From positions 512,001 through 576,000 of the forward strand of contig JAKFCY010000003.1 of the NCBI GenBank assembly GCA_036676395.1: 64,000 nt of DNA, in the 5' to 3' direction. Shown one piece after another: positions 58,920 through 64,000 of the stretch (position 1 is the first letter of the stretch; each line of letters starts with the position of its first letter). Position numbers and translations under genes: made by a program. Below the pieces are notes generated by a model. The model worked only from the letters and a program-made list of their open reading frames with translations, did not search any database and was not told the origin of the DNA. The stretch comes from Bdellovibrio sp. (GTDB taxonomy: Bacteria > Bdellovibrionota > Bdellovibrionia > Bdellovibrionales > Bdellovibrionaceae).

Positions 58920-61637
58920 ATGAACAAGCCGAGGGCGTGGCACTCACTTGATTCTGATGAATGTATTAGATGGCTAAGTACTGACGCGATACATGGCCTC
59001 TCTCAAAGGGTTGCAGCCGAGCGTCTGCAACAATTCGGATCGAATGAATTACCAGAACCAAAGCGCCGTTCTCTTCTATCTATTGCTCTTCATCAATTTC
59101 TAAGTCCTCTTATCTATCTTTTGCTAGTTGCGGCCGGCATCGCATTTTTTATCGGTGAAGCCCGCGATGCCATTGTCATCCTGGTCGTGGTTTTTTTTAA
59201 TGCTATCATAGGTGCATTTCAAGAAGGGCGCGCGGAACAGTCGCTCGCCGCACTCCGGAAACTATCAAAGTTAAAAGCTCGTGTGATACGTGGCGGACAA
59301 GAGCAACTCATCGAAGCGGGCGATGTCGTCCCCGGTGATATCCTGCTTCTTAGCTCGGGAGAAGCAGTTGCCGCTGATGCGAGACTCGTTGAGGCCTCAT
59401 CAATTGCAGTCGCTGAGGCTGCTCTTAGCGGCGAGTCCTTACCCGTGCGCAAGTTCGTTGAGCCACTTGTGGAAAATACGGTTCTCGCTGATCGACATAA
59501 TATGATTTATGCTGGCACTCACATTACAGCGGGACGAGGACTTGCCGTTGTGATCTCAACAGGTGTGAACAATGAGATTGGTAAAATCGCAAACCTCGCG
59601 ACCACGACTTTGCAGCCAAAGACCCAGCTGGAATTGCGAATCAGACAATTTGGAAAATACCTTGTCTTTGCGGCACTTGTTGTTTTTGGGCTTGTCGTTG
59701 CAATTGGCCTCTGGCGCAATATCGCCTTCTCGCAGATTTTTATGATCGCCATCAGTCAAATGGTGTCACTCGTACCAGAAGGCTTGCCGGTGGCAATGAC
59801 CATTGCGCTCGCGGTTGGCGTTCAGCGTATGGCTCGCCGAGGAACAATTGTCCGAAGACTCGCTGCAGTTGAAACCCTGGGTTCAACGACTGTTATATGT
59901 AGCGATAAAACCGGAACACTCACTCGCAATGAAATGGCAGTGACCGCCATTTATTTACCATCCAAGAAACGAGAAATTACCGTCGCAGGAGTCGGGTATG
60001 CCCCAGAGGGATATTTCGAGGAAAGTGGGCATAAACTTACGACTCAACTTGATGAAACATTACAGAAGCTTTTTGTCGCGAGTGTTTTGTGCAATGATGC
60101 TCAGCTGCTTGGCCCTGACGCCTTAGCTAATCAATGGCGGATTGTTGGCGACCCGACAGAGGGAGCGCTTCTTACGATGGCTGCAAAAGGTGGAGCTGAC
60201 ATAACCTCCCTTAAAAGACAATATCAAAGAAAAGCAGAGCTGCCGTTCGACTCAGATACTAAAATGATGGCAACCCAGCACACGATAAATACCAATAGCA
60301 TAGTATTTATTAAAGGAGCTCCAGAGACGTTACTAAGATACTGTGGCTCAGTATTTCACGATGGATGCATCGAGAAATTTGATGAGACGATTCTTGCCGA
60401 AGTTCAAAAAGCTTCCGAAAAAATGGCGAATTCGGCTCTTCGATTATTAGCGATCGGGCTTGTTGAAAATGCTTTCATTGATGGTTCGAAAGGTTTTGAG
60501 CCCTTTATGGGAAAGATCACATTAATTGGTTTGATTGGCGAACTTGATCCACCAAGAACCGAAGTGGCGGATTCGATCAGGGAATGTAAGGTCGCTGGAG
60601 TTAAACCTGTTATGGTTACCGGTGATCATAAAGCCACCGGGCTCGCCATAGCACGTGCGCTTGGCATCAGTCGAGATAATGATCTGGCGATTGATGGTCA
60701 AGAGCTTGATTTGTTATCGGATGCCGATCTTGCAGAAAAAATAAGTCGCATCAGTGTCTTTGCGCGCGTGCATCCTTCGCAAAAATTACGGATCGTCGAA
60801 GCCTTTCAAAAGCGAGGTGAAATAGTGGCAATGACCGGAGATGGCGTCAACGATGCCCCTGCTCTGGTGCGTGCAAATGTCGGAGTCGCTATGGGCATCA
60901 CAGGAACTGAAGTCGCCAAAGAAGCCGCGAAAATAGTAATCACCGACGATAACTTTTCAACCATAGTAACTGCTATTTCGGAAGGTCGGCTTGTCTATCA
61001 GAATATTAAAAAGTTAATTCTCTTTCTATTTGTAACCTCGATCGATGAAGTCGCAATACTTTTTTTGGCATTGATTCTTGGCTATCCGCCCCCGTTAGCG
61101 GCTGTTCAAATTCTATGGATCAATTTGGTGGCGGAAGGCACTTTAACCGTCAATCTTATCATGGAGCCAGCAGAGGGTGATGAGATGAAGCGGGCACCAA
61201 TCCCAGTGACACAATTACTATTAGATCGCGCCCTTCTATCACGGATTCCGCTGCTGGTAATTACAACCGTAATTTCTACGTTCGGGTGGTTTACCTATCG
61301 GATTTCGATGGGAGTTTCCCCGGATGTCGTGCAAAGCGAAACCTTTACGATACTTGTTGTATGTCAATGGTTCAACGTACTCAACTGCCGCTCAGCTACA
61401 CACTCAGCATTGACTTGGGATATTCTTAAGAATCCTTGGCTCTTGGGTGGATTAGTCATTAGCAATCTTCTTCAGGCTGCTGTCATCTATTGGCCGCCGC
61501 TAAGCCAGTTCTTTCATACGGTGCCAATCGATACAGCTCAGTTCTTTGCTATCGGAGCTGTGGCAAGTCTTGTTCTTTGGGCTGAAGAGGCACGAAAATT
61601 TATTGTAAGAAATAACATTTTTAACAGGTTCGCTTAG
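58920..61637 (+). CDS. Type II cation-transporting P-type ATPase
   Basis: SGES, PEGL, DKTGT, KGAPE, TGD, GDGVND; start ATG 58920 (or GTG 58869). Confidence 0.95.
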   Translation: MNKPRAWHSLDSDECIRWLSTDAIHGLSQRVAAERLQQFGSNELPEPKRRSLLSIALHQFLSPLIYLLLVAAGIAFFIGEARDAIVILVVVFFNAIIGAFQEGRAEQSLAALRKLSKLKARVIRGGQEQLIEAGDVVPGDILLLSSGEAVAADARLVEASSIAVAEAALSGESLPVRKFVEPLVENTVLADRHNMIYAGTHITAGRGLAVVISTGVNNEIGKIANLATTTLQPKTQLELRIRQFGKYLVFAALVVFGLVVAIGLWRNIAFSQIFMIAISQMVSLVPEGLPVAMTIALAVGVQRMARRGTIVRRLAAVETLGSTTVICSDKTGTLTRNEMAVTAIYLPSKKREITVAGVGYAPEGYFEESGHKLTTQLDETLQKLFVASVLCNDAQLLGPDALANQWRIVGDPTEGALLTMAAKGGADITSLKRQYQRKAELPFDSDTKMMATQHTINTNSIVFIKGAPETLLRYCGSVFHDGCIEKFDETILAEVQKASEKMANSALRLLAIGLVENAFIDGSKGFEPFMGKITLIGLIGELDPPRTEVADSIRECKVAGVKPVMVTGDHKATGLAIARALGISRDNDLAIDGQELDLLSDADLAEKISRISVFARVHPSQKLRIVEAFQKRGEIVAMTGDGVNDAPALVRANVGVAMGITGTEVAKEAAKIVITDDNFSTIVTAISEGRLVYQNIKKLILFLFVTSIDEVAILFLALILGYPPPLAAVQILWINLVAEGTLTVNLIMEPAEGDEMKRAPIPVTQLLLDRALLSRIPLLVITTVISTFGWFTYRISMGVSPDVVQSETFTILVVCQWFNVLNCRSATHSALTWDILKNPWLLGGLVISNLLQAAVIYWPPLSQFFHTVPIDTAQFFAIGAVASLVLWAEEARKFIVRNNIFNRFA

Positions 61638-61669
61638 CGATCATATTAACGTTTCTGGAGGAATAATAA

Positions 61670-62338
61670 ATGACGAAAGTACCTAAAAAATCAGACTCCA
61701 ATTTGAAATCTGAAGAAAAGCTTGAAGGCGTCGAAGGCACGAAGTCAGAACGACCGCCGCATTACTCATGGTCTACTCGCCATCTTCTTCTTGTGGTAGC
61801 GCTGTTGATTACTGTTGCTTTAGTGATCGTTCTCTCTACAGCCCCATTTGCCGCAATTCTAGGACCAAGCCACCATGCTTTGGCGGCAGCACTGCACGGG
61901 CTGTTCTCTTTTCTGTTTTTGGTCGTATCCACAGTGGGTCTCTATCTTGCCTTTCGACTTTTTACAGGAAGGATCCGTTCGTTTCCCGATCTTCAACTGG
62001 CTTCAACGACGATGGCGGTACTATCGCTGATCACAATCGTCTTTGGTAATTGGATTTACATCGCCTACCGTGCCAAAGATCCGAAAGCCCCGCGAACTTA
62101 TTTTCTAGAGAACATGCCCGAAGTTCACAAAGTGTTCTTCGAGTTTAAGGAATTCGCGGCCCTCTTTACGTTACCGCTTTCAGTGGCGGCAGCATTTATT
62201 CTCTGGCGATATGGCAGTGAAATCCTAGACAAGACGTGGACGCGCAAGGCGGTTTCAATCCTGATCGCGCTAAACTTTTTTTATCTCATGATTGCTTTTG
62301 GCCTGGGGGCCGCTGTGGCTAAGCTCAAGGGCATTTAA
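61670..62338 (+). CDS. Multi-TM membrane protein with two His near TM boundaries
   Basis: GGAGG RBS; LHG, WIYIAYR, VHKVFFEFKE. Confidence 0.75.
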   Translation: MTKVPKKSDSNLKSEEKLEGVEGTKSERPPHYSWSTRHLLLVVALLITVALVIVLSTAPFAAILGPSHHALAAALHGLFSFLFLVVSTVGLYLAFRLFTGRIRSFPDLQLASTTMAVLSLITIVFGNWIYIAYRAKDPKAPRTYFLENMPEVHKVFFEFKEFAALFTLPLSVAAAFILWRYGSEILDKTWTRKAVSILIALNFFYLMIAFGLGAAVAKLKGI

Positions 62339-62357
62339 CAAAGAAAGGGGACTGCTT

Positions 62358-62735
62358 ATGTCTAATCAAGTAAAAACGACTTCATCTCAGAGGATCCCAA
62401 ATGGGGCCGCGATCGCAGCCTATCTCTCGGCCATGATCGGTCTCTTGGTGCTTTCCCTTTCTGCTTTATTATCGGAAATCTCAGAGCCCATGAAGAATTG
62501 GATTCACGAAGTTGGTAAACTTTGGATTCTAGGAGCAGAAGGCATTGGTCCTTATTCCGGAAAAGAAACGCTTGGTCTTGTCGGGTGGCTTTTCAGTTGG
62601 CTCATTCTCAATAAGGTTCTGCGAAAAAAAGAACTGAGTGGCGGTTTTTGGCTAGTAATATTTCTGGTTGGAATCGGTATTGCGACTACGCTGATATGGC
62701 CACCTATCTGGGCGATTTTCGGGGCTACGCACTGA
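62358..62735 (+). CDS. Three-TM membrane protein
   Basis: AGGGG RBS before ATG 62358; NGAAIAA and GPYSGK motifs. Confidence 0.7.
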   Translation: MSNQVKTTSSQRIPNGAAIAAYLSAMIGLLVLSLSALLSEISEPMKNWIHEVGKLWILGAEGIGPYSGKETLGLVGWLFSWLILNKVLRKKELSGGFWLVIFLVGIGIATTLIWPPIWAIFGATH

Positions 62736-62760
62736 GTTGGCAGATCAAATATTGGGAGGA

Positions 62761-62808
62761 TGCGGACAGCAGGGTTCGACAATTGAAATTTCTCTACCAC
62801 CAATTTTT
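62761..62808 (+). repeat. Second damaged copy of the ssrA 3' end
   Basis: 37/48 ungapped identity (counted by hand) to 53914-53961; TGCGGAC...GGTTCG...CCACCAATTTTT. Confidence 0.75.
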
Positions 62809-62848
62809 GCGAACTAGTAATTGCAATTGCTTGCGCTGACTTTAGATC

Positions 62849-62864
62849 TGGCTCAAGCTATGCT
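62849..62864 (+). promoter_or_regulatory. Sigma54-type promoter
   Basis: TGGCTCAAGCTATGCT. Confidence 0.5.
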
Positions 62865-62894
62865 TCGGGACCAGATCAATAAAGGAAAGTTTCT

Positions 62895-63581
62895 ATGTTT
62901 AATAGCCCAGTTACCGAAAGCCAGCTTCACAGGCTGATGTCTGTTCAGCCAAAGTCAGCGATCGACATTGGCTGCGGAGATGGCTCGCTTTTAAATTGGT
63001 TGAGTGGGCAGTTTTCGACATCAGGAATGGGTGTTGATAAAGACGAAGCTGAAATCGCAAACGCGAATTCTAACTCTTCTGGCAAACAGCTTCAGTTCTT
63101 GGCTCGCTCATTTGATGTTAATGACTTTAAGGATAAAAAATTTCAGCTCGCTGCGTGTATCGGTTCAACTCACATATTCGCAGAGGGAGAACTAGCCCTA
63201 AAGATGGCTCTTGAAGGAATGAAGCCTCTTACCGAAAACGGTGGCTTTATCTTGATTGGCGACTGCTACTGGCGAAAAGAACCTTCTTCTGAATATCTTA
63301 AAATTTTTGGTGGCTCGCCTCCAGCCTATCGAAGTCACCAGGATAATATCGAACTTATTCATCAAGCAGGCTTGAAACTGATCTCATCGGATGAATGCTC
63401 GACCGAGCAGTGGGATGATTTCGAAAGTCGTCATCAAAAAAAACTCAAAGCTCGTTTTTCACAAATCTCGGATAACGAAGAAAGAGCAAAAAAAGAGAAA
63501 TTTTTAGAACTTTGGAATCACCATTATGAAAAATGGGGACGAGAGACTTTAGGTTTCGGGCTTTATCTAGCTCGCACTTGA
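62895..63581 (+). CDS. Class I SAM-dependent methyltransferase
   Basis: IDIGCGDG motif I, GVD, ACIGSTH. Confidence 0.9.
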   Translation: MFNSPVTESQLHRLMSVQPKSAIDIGCGDGSLLNWLSGQFSTSGMGVDKDEAEIANANSNSSGKQLQFLARSFDVNDFKDKKFQLAACIGSTHIFAEGELALKMALEGMKPLTENGGFILIGDCYWRKEPSSEYLKIFGGSPPAYRSHQDNIELIHQAGLKLISSDECSTEQWDDFESRHQKKLKARFSQISDNEERAKKEKFLELWNHHYEKWGRETLGFGLYLART

Positions 63582-63596
63582 TTGAAGCCGCAGTTA

Positions 63597-64000
63597 TTAC
63601 TTTGGAATAATCAATTGTAAATCTTGTAATCGTACAGACTTTCCTTTTTTAGAAACCATCTTAGTCTGGATAGAAACATCAGACTGATCTCTAGCATCGA
63701 CTAATCTTACGCATTTTTCATTGGGTTTAAAAAGGTGCCGCGTACTCCATTCTCGGATGAGTATAAGAGCTGGTAAAAGCTCTACACCATTTGGTGTAAG
63801 TGCGTATTCATGTCTACGCGCAGTCTCAGACACTAAGCGTTTTTCAAGAATACCAAACTCTACCAGCTTAGTCAGACGCTGGGTCAGGGTATTTCTGGGG
63901 ATTCCCAGATTAAGATGAAAATCATCAAATCGCGTGACCCCCGCAAAAGCTTCTCGAAGGATCAATAATGACCACCATTCTCCGATGACATCGAGTCCAC
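63597..64000 (-). CDS. HxlR-family winged-helix regulator, 5' end outside the window
   Basis: LDVIGEWWSLLILREAF.G..RF, L..RL..LV..GIL, EYALT. Confidence 0.9.
   Translation of the reverse strand, partial: GLDVIGEWWSLLILREAFAGVTRFDDFHLNLGIPRNTLTQRLTKLVEFGILEKRLVSETARRHEYALTPNGVELLPALILIREWSTRHLFKPNEKCVRLVDARDQSDVSIQTKMVSKKGKSVRLQDLQLIIPK

Larger units (their letters stand above)
47892..64000. mobile_element. tmRNA-anchored tandem array of accessory gene blocks, running off the window
   Basis: Degenerate ssrA 3'-end copies at 53914-53973 and 62761-62808; unrelated accessory cargo; frameshifted genes; no integrase in the window. Confidence 0.75.

Noticed and set aside
47881..62808. CRISPR array or extra tRNA genes from the recurring CCACCA repeats
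   Set aside because: Copies are kilobases apart with genes between them, no cas genes, and they lack 5' halves and paired T-stems
535..63918. Many short antisense or nested ORFs in the ORF track (e.g. 535-855, 6750-7145, 9731-10096, 41043-41402, 55390-55779)
   Set aside because: They overlap well-supported genes, lack RBS or motifs, and read as shadow ORFs

Overview
An AT-rich bacterial chromosome segment, very likely from a Bdellovibrionota predator. This rests on mglA with the GPSLGGKT P-loop directly behind dnaX-ybaB-recR with no mglB, two TIGR02147-like regulators, a DacB-like peptidase and many secreted orphan proteins. Bases 1-47.9 kb are a core backbone (tig, ArsA/Get3-like ATPase pair, gshA, pepA, clpP-clpX, lon, tRNA-Val(TAC), nfeD-SPFH, nadA, mglA, recR, ybaB, dnaX, SRP RNA, SrkA-like kinase, tmRNA) interleaved with secreted and lipoprotein genes that share sigma54- or sigma28-type promoters. 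From the tmRNA 3' end (47891) to the window end lies an accessory array with no integrase in the window. It is divided into gene blocks by degenerate copies of the tmRNA 3' end (53914, 62761, possibly 58632, and an inverted copy at 47981); the two clearest share the same 7-nt-expanded T-arm. A second small integrase-less insert (about 1.9 kb) is bounded by a duplicated 3' end of a TIGR02147-like gene and carries a CI/LexA-like repressor, twin palindromic operators and a lipoprotein. Two genes in the array are frameshifted (LysR at a T9 run; an M41-like peptidase). All family calls are from motif recognition by eye; no searches were run.
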